A stretch of DNA of 64,000 bases, taken from the NCBI GenBank assembly GCA_963772725.1, contig CAVYYI010000001.1, forward strand, positions 1,261,231 through 1,325,230, in the 5' to 3' direction. This document shows positions 48,489-60,736 of the stretch, piece by piece. This DNA comes from an uncultured Phycisphaerales bacterium. Lineage in GTDB: Bacteria > Planctomycetota > Phycisphaerae > Sedimentisphaerales > Anaerobacaceae. The translations under genes were made by a program, and so were the position numbers. Below the pieces are notes generated by a model. The model saw only the letters and a list, made by a program, of their open reading frames with translations. It did no database searches and had not been told where the DNA came from. Positions within the stretch are counted from its first letter, which is position 1, and the number at the start of each line of letters is the position of its first letter.

Positions 48489-51294
48489 TTATTGAACTTT
48501 TCCAGCGGATATAACCGTAACATCGGCGATTTTTTCGAGGTCGGTTTTAATCCTTTTGGCGTCGCCGGCGACCACAATAACCATTGTGTCAGGCTGGACA
48601 GTACCCCTGACTAATCTTTCGCAATCGCTTTTGTTCGTCTTTGCGACACCAGCCAAAAGTCTTTCGAGATAATCGGAACCAAGTCCCTGCGATTCAATCA
48701 TCCATAAATCGACAGCAATCTGCTGAGGGGTCTCGCGGTCTTTGACGAAGCTGCCAAGGATGTAAGATTTGGTGTTGTCGATTTCGTTATCTGACGGGGG
48801 TGTGGTTTTAAGCCTGTTGATTTCATCGAGAACGGCCTGGACGGCCTGCGTGGTCGATTCGGTCTTTGTGAATGTCCCGATTTCAAAATCACCGGCGAAC
48901 CGCTGGGCGACGAAACTTCCCCAGATGCCGTAGGTCAAACCTTTCGTGACCCTCACGCTTTCATTTAGCCTGCTGTCAAAACCCCAGCCGAAATAGCCGC
49001 TGACAACCCTGCTGGCGAAATATCTCTCGTCGCCACGGGTAATGCCGAGCTGTCCGACGCGAATCTGACTCTGTATGCTGCCTGGAATATCAACGAGGTA
49101 TATCATCGTTTTGTCTGGTTTAGTGCGCCTGAGGCAGTTTAGTTACAGGCTTTTGCCCCCGCACTTTCCAGTTGCCGAACTTTTCTTTGGCAAGCTTTAC
49201 AGCCTGCGATTTGTCGATATCGCCCGCGAATATCAGCACGGCCATATCGGGCCTGGCATACATGCCCCACCATTTTTTCAGGTCGTCAACTTTAAGCAAG
49301 TTTACATCGTCTATTTCGCCCGTTGCCGTTCGCGAATATGGATGTTGCCCGTACAATACATGCCGAAATTCCCTCTCGGCGATATATTCCGGCTCGGCGG
49401 TTGTTATCGCAAGAGACGCAAGGGACTGCCTGCGAAGCTTTTCGAATTCATACGCGGGGAAATTAGGCTCCAGTACAACCTCGCCCATCAGTTCAATTGC
49501 CCTGCCGATGTAATGCGTCAGACATCCGGCGGTTACCATGCTTGTATCCATCTCGCCGCTGCCGTTGAGACTTATCGCGTAAGTTTCCAGTTCATCGACC
49601 AACTGGCCTTCGCTGTGTTTATTTGTTCCCTTGGTCAGCATCTGCATCGTCATCGCCGCCGTACCCGGCATACTTTCCGTCCAGCGCTGCTAAAAGCCCC
49701 ATCTGCACGCTCACGAATGGAACCTCATGGTTGGGGACGACGAGAACCTTTAGCCCGTTATCCAGTACGGTGCTGCTGTATTCAGGTGTTAGCCTGTCGG
49801 GCAGGGATTTCGCAAAAGGTGCTTGCCTGGGAAAATCAGGACTGGGAACCTCTCCGAGCCTGCCGGACGCGGGTGGTATAGTTTCTTTTTTGCCGGTTAT
49901 CGGAGGCTCATTGTCCGCTCTTTCCTGACCGTCGGGTATATGCCTGTCAACCTTGACCTTTAAAATCCGCTCAGTCGTCAAATAGCTGCTGGCAACTCGC
50001 ATAATATCGGCTGCGGTAACTCGCTCTATCCTCACCATCTGGCGATTGACCTGCGAAACATCTTCCATATCAACCGCTGCTTCGCCGAGCGAGGCGGCTT
50101 TTCTGTCCACCTTTAGATTTTGCGTTACTAAATTCCGCAGCAACTGGTTTTTCGCCTTAGTCAGTTCGCGCTGGCTGACAGACTCTGTTCGCAGAATTTC
50201 AATATGCTTTTCCATAATTCCCAGAACGGTGTTCGGGTCGCCGCCGACAGGAGGTAATCCCGCCGCCGCCCCAAAAACGCCGTCCTGTTCAAGAGACCAG
50301 GAATAGGCCTTCGTGAAAACCGCAGCCTGCTTTTGTGCCACAAGCTCGCGATACAGCCTGCTGCTGTTCCCGCCGCCAAGTATCTCTGCAATAACATCGA
50401 ATACAACGGTGTTCGGGTCGCGCAAAGGCACAGTCCGATACACAACTCCAACGCCCGGCAGCGGCGCATTATTCTGTTTAATCTTCACTAACGGACGGTT
50501 ATTCATCTCCGGCTCACGAACCGTTATACGGTTCGGCTCCTGGTAACGAGGTATCCATCCGAAATATTTCCGGGCAAACTCCTGTGCCTTTTCATTTTTT
50601 ACGGCCCCGACAATTATCAGCGTCGTGTTGCTCGGCACATAATACCGGTTCCAGAAATCACGCAGCTCCGGCACCGAGGAGGCTCGCAAATCCGCGATAT
50701 TGCCTATCGGCGTCCAGCGATAGGGGTGAACCTTGAATATTTCCGCGGCAAGTTTCTTTTCGAGCGTGCCGTAAGGCTGATTCTCGCCCATTCGCGATTC
50801 TTCCTCGACGACCTTACGCTCCGTATCGAACGACTCCTGGTCAATCTTCAGAAACGCCATACGTTCCGCCTCGAGCCAAAGCGCAGCTCCAGTTGCGCCG
50901 CAGGCAGCGTCTCAAGATACACCGTATGGTCGAAACTTGTATAGCCGTTGCATGTCCCCCCGACCCGCCGGATATAACTGAAATGGTCCGTGGGACCAAG
51001 CTTGTCGGTGCCTCTGAACATAATATGCTCGAACATGTGCGCAAAGCCCTGCCTGTCAGGCTGCTCATCTTTAGACCCGACTTTATACCAAACCTGAACA
51101 GCAACTATCGGACATGAAAAGTCCTCAAGCGTTATAACATCCAGACCGTTGGGCAGCTTCATCTGGCGATAATCAAACTGTTTGTTCTCAATGGTTTGAG
51201 TCCGCTGAACGGTTTTGTGACAGCCTATGCCGCCATTAATAATAACAATCGCTGTGATTAAGAATGCTAATACTCTTAGATTTCTGACTTTCAT
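48489..51294 (-). CDS. M16 zinc peptidase (PqqL-like), frameshifted
   Basis: GFAHMFEHIMFRG (HxxEH), HPYRWTPIG, SRLNESVR...GLTYG. Confidence 0.9.
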
Positions 51295-51456
51295 AAATAT
51301 CCTTATTTAAAAATATCAGTTATACGCCTCATAGGATGTAAAGTTACCAGCTTTTTAGAAAATTTTCCAGAACATTCCCTATGCGTGTCAAGCCTTTTGT
51401 ACGGATTGAGAATGTGCAAATATTGAGATATGCAATATGCTGGTTAAACCTATTTT

Positions 51457-52071
51457 TTACTTATGGATTTTTAGGGCGACTTCAGCGACGCGTTTACCAA
51501 GAGCCTGGGCGATTTGCAAATCTTCAGTAGCAGGTTTAAGATTATTTTTGGGCCCAGCGACAGTTGTAGCCCCATAAGGGGTTCCGCCCCGCCCCTCAGT
51601 ATGCAGCATACCAGGGGTTGAGTACGGCACGCCGACAATGAGCATTCCCAAATGGAGAAAAGGAACCATCATAGTAAGCAGAGTCGTCTCCTGCCCGCCG
51701 TGCGTTGTCGCTGTAGAAGTGAAGAACCCAGCGGGTTTGCCTTCCATTACCCCTTCGAGCCAAAGTTTAGCGGTTGAGTTTATAAATTTTCCCATTTGCG
51801 CTATCATATTGCCGTAACGAGTCGGTGAACCGAAAATCACCCCGTCCGCTTCCTTAAAATCGTCAAGGGTGCAGACCCGGATATCCTTCTGTTCCTCCCA
51901 AACTGCCTTTGCGTATTGGTCTTTAGAGATGTTTGCTTCAACATCGGGAAATTCTTCTATGCGGCGAAGAACCACCTCAGCATTTTCAACCGACGCCACG
52001 CCCTGCGCTACTGCCTTAGCCATTTGCAAAGTGTGGCCGTAACGCGAGTAATAAGCTATTAAAATCTTCAC
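51457..52071 (-). CDS. wrbA: NAD(P)H:quinone oxidoreductase type IV
   Basis: YYSRYGHT, GSPTRYGNM, HGGQETT, GGTPYGA. Confidence 0.93.
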   Translation of the reverse strand: MKILIAYYSRYGHTLQMAKAVAQGVASVENAEVVLRRIEEFPDVEANISKDQYAKAVWEEQKDIRVCTLDDFKEADGVIFGSPTRYGNMIAQMGKFINSTAKLWLEGVMEGKPAGFFTSTATTHGGQETTLLTMMVPFLHLGMLIVGVPYSTPGMLHTEGRGGTPYGATTVAGPKNNLKPATEDLQIAQALGKRVAEVALKIHK

Positions 52072-52111
52072 GTTTCACCTCCATTTAAGGCGTACTATGG
52101 TTTAAAACAAG

Positions 52112-52168
52112 GGAAAACTCCCCCCCGCAACCCGCCTGAAGCAGGCCGCGAAAGTTTTCCGCTTTTTT
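52112..52168. terminator. Hairpin between the CBM48 gene and wrbA
   Basis: GGAAAACT...AGTTTTCC outer stem with inner GCCTG/CAGGC. Confidence 0.45.
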
Positions 52169-52534
52169 TTAGCTTACGTTTATAACAGAATTTAACTCGC
52201 CATAAGGATTAGGCTCAATCCCGTTGTTATAGGGGTCCTGCTGCCATTTTCCATCTACTACGAACCTGTATCGGTAATAACCTTTGGCAAGAGGCACTTT
52301 AACCTGCCAGACATCCCCTGCCATTCTTCTCATAGGGTTCTTTTCGGGCTGCCAGTTATTGAAATCTCCCGCCAAAAATACCTTTTTGGCCTCAGGATAA
52401 AATGCGGTAAAAGTAACGACACCACCCTCCTGCTTAGGGCCATACCTTTGGCGGATTTGCATTTCTTTGGCCACAAGGACAGAGGATGCATCTTTTTTAG
52501 AAGTGGTTTCTTTTACGAATTTTGGTACTTTCAT
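52169..52534 (-). CDS. Glycogen-binding CBM48/AMPK-beta-like protein
   Basis: VFLAGDFNNW, GYYRYRFVVDGKWQQDP, NPYGELNSVI. Confidence 0.9.
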   Translation of the reverse strand: MKVPKFVKETTSKKDASSVLVAKEMQIRQRYGPKQEGGVVTFTAFYPEAKKVFLAGDFNNWQPEKNPMRRMAGDVWQVKVPLAKGYYRYRFVVDGKWQQDPYNNGIEPNPYGELNSVINVS

Positions 52535-52536
52535 GG

Positions 52537-53799
52537 TTAACCCCTTTCGCTAAAACAAAAACTGTGAGTTTGATTTTTAACTTTCGAAATCTTTTTGGAT
52601 TTCTGCGATACCTTATTTATCGCTTCATCGCAGCGTTTATTCAAATTATCCAGAACGTTCATAAAAATGATATAAGAATCATAGGGTGAATCATAAGGAT
52701 TGAAATATTTATGGACGTCGCCATCACTGAAGTACTTTGTGCACATATAGTAAAAATGGTCGGAGGTCTGAAGTTTTCTCCAGTCGGCAATTATGGCATT
52801 ATCTCTTGTTTGCATAACCTTTTCCTCGAATGAGTAAAGTTCAGACAGCGCATTTTCCTGCATTGGATTACCCCGCCAGGCCGAAAGGTCTCTTTCAATA
52901 TCAGCCCAGCTTACCGTATAAGGTACGTCGATTGCGTCAACATCGGGATAGGTATCCACCACTTCGCTGGGGGTCTTAAAGTCGTTGTCGGGATGTTTAA
53001 AGATTTCTTCGGGCAGATGACGCATAAAATTGAAGATACCGGTATCTTCCCACTGATGTTCGCCAAAGGTTTCGTAATCCATAAAAAGATTGACCGTATA
53101 GCCGCAGCCGTTCACTGCGTTGACCCACCGCGCGAATTTGTCCGCGGTAAGAGGCCACTGGCTCCAGGAGCGATTTGAAAATCGAAACGCGATATCATCG
53201 CTCAGGCGATAATTTTTAAGAAGAAGTTTCAGCTTTGTGCAATTCACGGGGCGATAAACAAAATTGGGGCTTCTGTAGCCCAGAATATGGTCGGCGCCCT
53301 CGGCAAGAATTCCGTCGAAACCGCCCATTTTTTCTATCAGCATCGCCAGTGAATTGTTATAGACAAGCTCGGTATTCCTGAAAATACGAGGTTTTTGCCT
53401 GAAAAATTTCTGAATTATTTGGGTATGAACCTTTATCTGCCTGATAAATTCTTCCTGCGAGTACAAAAAGCTCAATGTATGATAATAAGTCTCGCCAAGA
53501 AATTCCACGCAGCCGGTATCAGCAAGAGCCTGAAAAGTCTCAAGAACCCGCGGCGCGTATAATTGAAGCTGCTCAAGCAAAACACCGGTTATACTGTAAG
53601 ATATTTTAAATCTGCCGTGATATTTCTTGATGAGGTCGAGGAAAAGCAAATTCGAGGGCAAATAGCATTTCTCAGCGACCTTTTTGCAAACCTGGGCGTT
53701 TTTGAAATCGTCAAAATAATTACTATGTGAATCAAAAATTGTATAATGCCCCAGTCTGAACGGCTGATGAACCTGGAAATAAAAACATACCGACGCCAT
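52537..53799 (-). CDS. GH57 alpha-amylase family protein
   Basis: FQVHQP, ETYYH, RNTEL, MDYETFGEHQW, LQTSDHFYYM. Confidence 0.93.
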   Translation of the reverse strand: MASVCFYFQVHQPFRLGHYTIFDSHSNYFDDFKNAQVCKKVAEKCYLPSNLLFLDLIKKYHGRFKISYSITGVLLEQLQLYAPRVLETFQALADTGCVEFLGETYYHTLSFLYSQEEFIRQIKVHTQIIQKFFRQKPRIFRNTELVYNNSLAMLIEKMGGFDGILAEGADHILGYRSPNFVYRPVNCTKLKLLLKNYRLSDDIAFRFSNRSWSQWPLTADKFARWVNAVNGCGYTVNLFMDYETFGEHQWEDTGIFNFMRHLPEEIFKHPDNDFKTPSEVVDTYPDVDAIDVPYTVSWADIERDLSAWRGNPMQENALSELYSFEEKVMQTRDNAIIADWRKLQTSDHFYYMCTKYFSDGDVHKYFNPYDSPYDSYIIFMNVLDNLNKRCDEAINKVSQKSKKISKVKNQTHSFCFSERG

Positions 53800-53817
53800 A
53801 TCGCTCCTTCTGATATT

Positions 53818-55078
53818 TTAATTAGCCCGAGTCAACAATTTTTCATAAATTCCCTTAATCCTGCGCGGCGGAATCTTCCCAGCGAAACTTGCTAAGCTCG
53901 GAAGACCCGTTTTCCCGAAGCGTTCGCTGAAGAGGAGGGTGTTTTAAAACCGCCGCTATTTTATTCGCCATTTCGTTTATGTCCCAGAAGTCAACTTTAA
54001 GAGCATTGGCGAGCACCTCTGCGACACCGCTTTGTTTGCTTATCAGAACTGGGACATTACTTTGCAGCGCCTCGAGCGGAGCAATCCCGAAAGGTTCTGA
54101 CACGGACGGCATCACATAGAGGTCAGCCATCCGGTAGGCTTTTCTCACATCGTCGCCGCACAAAAAACCGGTAAAGAGGACCTTGCTTCCGATGCCGAGT
54201 CTGGCAGCAAGGTCAATCATTCTGTTCATCATATCTCCGCTGCCTGCCATTATAAATTTGACATTGCTGATTATCTCGATAACCTTTTTGGCGGCGGCAA
54301 GAAAGTATTCCGGACCTTTCTGCATAGTTATCCGGCCAAGAAACAGAACAATTTTATTAGACTTATCCAAAGGACTCTGCCAATAATAAGAACTGTTTTC
54401 TCCTTCAACGCCGTTGTGGACCACCTCAACTTTTTCCGGAGGGACACCGTAACGCGAGATTACAATATTTCTCGTATAATTGCTTACTGTAATAACCTTC
54501 GAGGCGAAATGCATTCCGTACCGCTCAATGTCATAAACCATCTGGTTGACATTTTCTCCGCTGCGGTCGAATTCCGTCGCGTGTATCTGTACGACCAGCG
54601 GCTTATGACTGACGCTTGCGGCGGCTATCGCGGCAGGATATGTCATCCAGTCGTGCGCGTGGATAATGTCAAAATTTTCCATAGAGGCGATTTGAGCCAC
54701 TTTTTCCGCATAACGACTAACCTGCGACTGCAAATCGCCGCTATAGTTATCAATCTCGCCGGAAAAATGCACTCCAGGATTAATGCTCTTTTTGTACTGA
54801 GCTGTACGCGAAAGATATGTCTCAGGACTTGTGTAAGGCTGCAGCGATGAACCGATTGTGTAGAATTTTATGTTCTTGAACTGGCCGGATTGAATCCCCA
54901 GCCCCTGCGCCCCCATCAGTTTAATATGACCGGCATGGTGAGCGGGATTTGCTTTCGGAAGAACGAAGGTTATCTCTACGCCCAGCTTGTCTAATGCCTT
55001 GGATATGCCGTAACAGGCCGTTCCAAGCCCCCCACTGATAAAAGGCGGAAATTCCCAGCCAAGCATAAACGTTTTCAT
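53818..55078 (-). CDS. GT4 glycosyltransferase (alpha-glucan synthesis type), 3' frameshift
   Basis: GWEFPPFISGGLG, HAHDW, HATEFDR, QKGPEYF, SEPFGIAPLEA. Confidence 0.9.
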
Positions 55079-55244
55079 TATAGACCTTCCTTAATTCTTT
55101 CCGGCAAATCCGCTCACCAATACCTACAAAGCAGGAGGAGGAGAGGATGTGTCTTATTTAATCATATTTATACTCTCCGCGATATCAGGACCAAGCTTCC
55201 AGCAATCTGATGCACCCCGGCTCCGGTCCAGATATCGCACAAGA

Positions 55245-55439
55245 TTAACTTCCGGAATATATCATTTCTCTTTTTCCGCTGCTGCCGGGGACACAGGTTA
55301 ATTCCTTACGATATATGCCCACGTGTTTCGGCGCATTAATGCCGAGCCTTACACGATTTCCCCGAACGCCAACAACCACGATTTCAATATCAGGGTCAAT
55401 CATTATCGACTCATTTTCTTTTCTCGTCAGTACAAGCAT
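55245..55439 (-). CDS. csrA: Carbon storage regulator
   Basis: MLVLTRKENESIMI...VRLGINAPKHVGIYRKEL from ATG 55439. Confidence 0.92.
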   Translation of the reverse strand: MLVLTRKENESIMIDPDIEIVVVGVRGNRVRLGINAPKHVGIYRKELTCVPGSSGKREMIYSGS

Positions 55440-55489
55440 TTTTTTACTCCTTTCATACCGTAGTTCCCGGTTTGCGAGAACTCCTAAAA

Positions 55490-55924
55490 TTATCTTTGAT
55501 GCTGCATCGCCGGCTCGCAGATTTTCTCCATAACTTCCCATGTCAGATGTGAGTCGTTCGATTTCACCGCGATGTCGCTCACCGAGAGAATTCCCACCGG
55601 CTTGTTTTCACTGTTGAGGACGACTAACCGGTGAATCTGCTTATTCTCCATCAACTTCGCAGCTTCTTCGACATCTTCATTTTCCGAACAGCACACGACC
55701 TGCGACGTCATAACTTTTCTGACTGTTGTAATTTTAGGATTAAGTCCATCTGCAATTGTTCTTATTACAATATCGCGGTCGGTGATGACCCCGATTATCT
55801 GGTTCTTTTCCTGGACAGGCAGCACTCCTATATCGTGCAGCTTCATTTTTTTCGCCGCCTCTTCTACCATAACATCGGACTGAGCCATCTCAACCTGTCT
55901 TGTCATAATATCTTTAACTTTCAT
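55490..55924 (-). CDS. CBS-pair protein
   Basis: VKDIMT, GVITDRDIV, IHRLVV, GILSVSDI. Confidence 0.92.
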   Translation of the reverse strand: MKVKDIMTRQVEMAQSDVMVEEAAKKMKLHDIGVLPVQEKNQIIGVITDRDIVIRTIADGLNPKITTVRKVMTSQVVCCSENEDVEEAAKLMENKQIHRLVVLNSENKPVGILSVSDIAVKSNDSHLTWEVMEKICEPAMQHQR

Positions 55925-56117
55925 AATAAGCCCTCTTTTATTTCCCTAAATTTCAAAATTTATTCTTTCCCTAATAACATCTTTAACGAGTACATAGACT
56001 ACACTTATCGGTCTTTAAGAAAAATAGGGAAATTGCTTATTCAGCGTTGCTTAAATGCTCAATTTTCGGATTAGCCGGCAACTTCCGCCAGCGATGGCGC
56101 AGAGGTCGCGAAGATAT

Positions 56118-56210
56118 TTGTATCTCGTATCTCGTGAAGAGTATCTCGAAAAATCGCTTCAAGCTTCACAAGATACACTTGGTTTTTTCATCTTCGGCGA
56201 AATACGCGAA
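56118..56210. repeat. Degenerate heptamer repeat (TATCTCG / AGATAC)
   Basis: GTATCTCGTATCTCG...GTATCTCG with complementary AGATAC/AAATACG downstream. Confidence 0.4.
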
Positions 56211-56242
56211 TTGGTATTTAGAATTTAGGGAATTTGAGGGGA

Positions 56243-56896
56243 TTAGGGGTCGGGAAGTGTTAAACCCTCCTGGATTGCGTACTTGGTAAGCTGGGCCATA
56301 TTATCAATATCCAGCTTATTCATTATGTTCAGGCGATGTACCTCTACTGTTTTTGGGCTTATATGCAGCCGTTTGGCGACTTGTTTTGTGGTTTTGCCTT
56401 CTGTGAGAAGTTGAAGCACCTCTCTTTCCCTCTTGGTTAAAATTGAAAAGGCCGAAGCAGCCTGCGTCGGGTCATCATTTACACAAGTCTCTACAAGAAC
56501 ATTGCTTATAGCCGGGCTGATATAGGTCTTACCAACAGCTACCGTTCTAACCGCGTTAATCAGTTCATCGAATTCGCAGTCTTTGAGCAAATAGCCCGAT
56601 GCGCCTGCCTTAAACATTTCCATTATGAACTTTTTTGCCGAGTGCATCGACAGGCCAATTACCTTTATTTTCGGTGAGCTTTTGACTATCTGGCGGGTTG
56701 CCTCTATCCCGTTAAGGTCGGGCATACCTATATCCATTATCATTACATCCGGACTCAACTCTTTGGCGAGTTTTACCGCCGTATGGCCGTTATTGGCCTC
56801 GGCGACTACTTCCATATCTTTTTCCGTCTGCAGCGATTTGCTCAAACCATGCCGTAAAACAACATGGTCATCGGCTAATATAATTCTAATACTCAT
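56243..56896 (-). CDS. NarL/LuxR-family response regulator
   Basis: LADDH, MDIGMP, LTKREREVL, ISPKTVEVHR. Confidence 0.95.
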   Translation of the reverse strand: MSIRIILADDHVVLRHGLSKSLQTEKDMEVVAEANNGHTAVKLAKELSPDVMIMDIGMPDLNGIEATRQIVKSSPKIKVIGLSMHSAKKFIMEMFKAGASGYLLKDCEFDELINAVRTVAVGKTYISPAISNVLVETCVNDDPTQAASAFSILTKREREVLQLLTEGKTTKQVAKRLHISPKTVEVHRLNIMNKLDIDNMAQLTKYAIQEGLTLPDP

Positions 56897-56900
56897 ACTA

Positions 56901-59900
56901 TCATTCTCCCTTTGCGGCTTTTTTTAATTTTAACGGCATAAGCAAAACAACCTTCGTACCTTTGCCTTTTAAGGACTGAATATCAAATCGACCCCCAGCC
57001 TGCGCAACTCGCTGATAAATACTATACAGGCCGTATCCCGTGCTTTTACCTATTCGCGGGTCGATATCTTTCATATCAAAACCTGCTCCGTCATCTTCAA
57101 CTACAATCTTAATTATGTTGTCTGCGACCATTGCCAGATTTACCTCTGCTGACTTCGCGTGAGCATGCTTAACTATATTAACAAGCAGCTCGCGTACCGA
57201 ACGATAAAGCAAAACCTTTATATCGCCTGGCAAAGGCTTAATCGGAGTACCGCTCTTGAACACACATTTCAGTTTTTGCTTTTCGGTAAACCATTCAGCC
57301 AATTCTTCAATGGCGTGTTCAAGCCCGAATGTATACAGTGTAGGCGGACTTAAATCAAATGTCAAGGAGCGAGTTTGCTCAATCGCCTGAGATATAGAAT
57401 CGCGAACACCCTCCAGAATTTCCGTGAATTGGCCAGGAACTGATTTCTGGAGGATACCAAGTTCTCTTTTTGAAAATGAAAGCAGCGGCCCGAGCGATTC
57501 GTGCAGCGCCGTCGCAATATCGCGGCGTTCGCGCTCCTCAGTCAATATAAGTTCGGTAGTCAAAGACCTGAGCTGTTCCTGGTCGGCAAGAATTGTTTCC
57601 TCAGCCCGCCTTATCTCGGTAATATCGCGGGCATCGGCCAAAACACCCAGCACCTCGCCATCTTCGTTTTTATAAACGATAGCATTATATATCACATCTG
57701 TCGTCCTATGGCCTGATTTGTGCTGAATGGTCAGCGGGTAATCTTTCACTAAACCCGCTGACATTACCGTTTTATATCCCTGCCTCGCTTTTTCGGGACT
57801 CGTGAAATAATTAGAAAAATCGCTACCTATAAGTTCTTGCGCGAAAAACCGGTAATCTGCTCTGTTGCCTTATTCACATCGGTTATTTTTCCGTCGGGAC
57901 TGATTATAAACAAAGGGTCAAGGCTGGTTTCAATGATATTTCGAGTGTATAAGGATGCCTGTCGCAACTGTTCTTGCGCTTTTAAGCGGTCGTTTACTTC
58001 TTTTTGCAGCGCCCCTATCGTATTGAAAAGCTCTATGGTGCGTTCGTGGACACGCTTTTCTAAAAGTTCGCGGGATTCTATAAGTTCTCTCTGTATGCGG
58101 TTGCGATGGGTAACATCCAGCACCAAAGATAATATCGACTGCACATTGCCGGATTCATCCAGAAGTGATGAGTTATACCATTCGCAGTCGATAACCGAGC
58201 CATCTTTGCGATAATTGCGATTTGCCGAGAAACGACGAGAATCTGTTCCGTTCCGCAGAACCGTCGATACTTCGGTGACTTTCGGCTCATCTTCCTCATA
58301 AATCCAGCGAAATTCATCCATTTTTTTGCCCAGCACTTCCTCAACGCGCCAGCCGAACATCCGCTCCGCCTCACCCGACCAGCGGGTCAGCCTCATATCA
58401 GAACCCCACTCAATAACCGCAAGCGGTGAGTTTTCTATATGAAGATTCAATTTACCGAGTGCATCAGTAAGCTGCCATTCGTTTTGACGAAGTTTCTCTT
58501 CGGTCTGTCTGAGGTCAGTGATATCAAGAATCGCCACGGCACATCCGGCAACCTTGCCGTCGGTATCAAAAATCGGTGCGGCGCTATTCATAATGAACCT
58601 GTGCAAACCGTCGAACCTCTCTATTTCAAACATTTGCCCAATGACACTTTTGCCATTTTGTACTGTCTGAGCAGAAGCCCACTCCTCCGGTTGAACCAGT
58701 TTACCCGTATCAATCCACCACGCCTTGTACGCGGCATAATCGCTGACATTTTGTGCTGCTGGACGCGGGCTGCCCCATATTTGTTTGAACATACTGTTAG
58801 ACCGAATGCTCCCGCCATGTTCGTCAAGAATAGCCACACCAACGGGCAAGGCTTCCATAACCGCCGCCAGCCGGTTCTTTTCATTGACAGCCTCAACGTG
58901 GGCTGCTTCCAGTTTTTCTTCCGCATGCTTACGCTCCGTGATGTCATTAAAGAAAACAGCTATTCCGTCGCCAAGTTTCACAGTCATATTACGGAACCAG
59001 CCTTTGATGCCCTCAGAATCATAGAAAAACTCATAATCGCTCGGTTTGCCGGTATTTACTACGCAGACATAACTATCAAACAGGTCGCTATTGGTCTTAT
59101 TGCCGGGCAACACCTCAAGCAATCGCCTGCCTGTCAGTTCCTCGGGCGAATGACGCAGAATTCTTCCCGCCCCCGGATTCACGTATGTCCAACGGAAGTT
59201 CACAATAACGCCCTTTTCATTCCGCACCGATTCGAGAATAGTAAACGCGTCCAGCGACAATTCCTGTGCGACACGGAACCGCTCCTCGCTTTCACGCAGA
59301 GATTTAGCAACCCGCTGATGTGAGAGCGCGATTGCGACCTGGTCGGCAACCTCATTCATCAGCGAAATCTCTTCGTTATTAAAATACGACTTTGTGCAAC
59401 TTCCAAAAGACAGGGTTCCAACGATTTTGCCGTGAAAGAGCAAAGGATAGCAGGCGTAAGCGTTTACACCGAATAACTCCACCATTTCTGTCAGTGAATT
59501 GGGGGTCTTCTGTATATTTTCAAAAACCCTTTTAAAGCCGTCCCTGGCCACACATCCGCAAGCGGTCTGGCCGAATTCCAGCCACTCGATTTGCTTTGCA
59601 GTCTTTTTAGGAATACCCGCACTGGCGTTGAGGTAAAGTTTCCCGGCTTTTTCATTCACGAGAAAATTAAGAAATATATCGCAATCCAGATGAGCCATAA
59701 CCTTATTACAAAGGTTTTCCACCACATCCTGCGGTTTATCCGTAAGCAGCAGTTGTTCGGCGGTATCTGAGAGGAATTTCAGCCTTATGTTACTGTTTTG
59801 AAGGCTGCTTTCAGCCTGTTTATGCTCTTCTATCTTGCGCTTAAGATTTTCATTGGCTTTTTCAAGTTCGGCGGTACGTTCTTTCACCATCGTTTCAAGA

Positions 59901-60475
59901 TACTGGCGGTACTGCTCAAGTTTACTTTCGGCGAGCTTGCGTCTGGTAATATCAATCATCGATATGCTTAAGTACGGTAATTTTCCCTCAGTGCTTTCAA
60001 TCGCTATGCTGTCAAGCTGAACAAAAAAATCACCGTCTTTCCTGTTGAGTCTCAACTCACAGGACTGTTTTGTTTTTGTATCCTGAACTTTTATGCGGTG
60101 CAGATAATACTCATCCTGGGATTCTCTTGCAATGAAAGTCGAAAGCCGCTTTTTAAGTAGATTGGCTCTTTCAAGACCCAATATCGCGGCACCAGCGAGA
60201 TTTACCTCCGAGATACAGCCTTGTTCATCAAGGACAAAATACCCCACCGGCGCAAAATCAAATAAGTCCGTATACCGGCTCCTCGATTTCTCCATTTCAG
60301 CCTGCGCCTCAATAAGCGTCTCATTCTGCATCTCCAGTTTTATCTGGTGAACGCTTAATTCGTGGAGTTTGTCGTCTGACGTCTTTGAAACGCCTTTATT
60401 CTTCTCGGCAACCTGTTCCTCAGCCCGCTTTCGAAGGTTATCATCATTTTGTGGTTTTTTGGCACCCTGGTCCAT
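56901..60475 (-). CDS. Multi-PAS/GAF histidine kinase (HisKA_3 type), frameshift near 57800
   Basis: Several PAS folds, GAF region, ERRDIATALHE, ELLVNIVKHA, DDGAGF, GYGL. Confidence 0.9.
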
Positions 60476-60656
60476 TAAAGCACCGAATTAATATGGTTCC
60501 CCCTTGAACCCACCCGCGAAAATCCTTTTAACTTCCATTCTCTTTTTAAATTGTATCAGTTACCTCTTTCCTTGCAAGCAATAAAATCGTAAAAATTTAA
60601 GATTTCCTCTTTATTATGAAATAAATATAGTCCCTATTTACAACAAACTAAAAACA

Positions 60657-60690
60657 AATTCCCCCGCCTGTATGCAGACGGGGGAATTCC
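60657..60690 (-). terminator. Hairpin terminator after the secretin gene
   Basis: AATTCCCCCG...CGGGGGAATT inverted repeat, T-rich on the minus strand. Confidence 0.65.
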
Positions 60691-60736
60691 GTTTAATTAA
60701 CAACTATTTAAGGACAACTTTAATTCTTAAAACCAA

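Noticed and set aside
55440..55541. N-terminally extended 98-aa CsrA
   Set aside because: The canonical MLVLTRK start has its own GGAG RBS, and the extension overlaps the CBS gene
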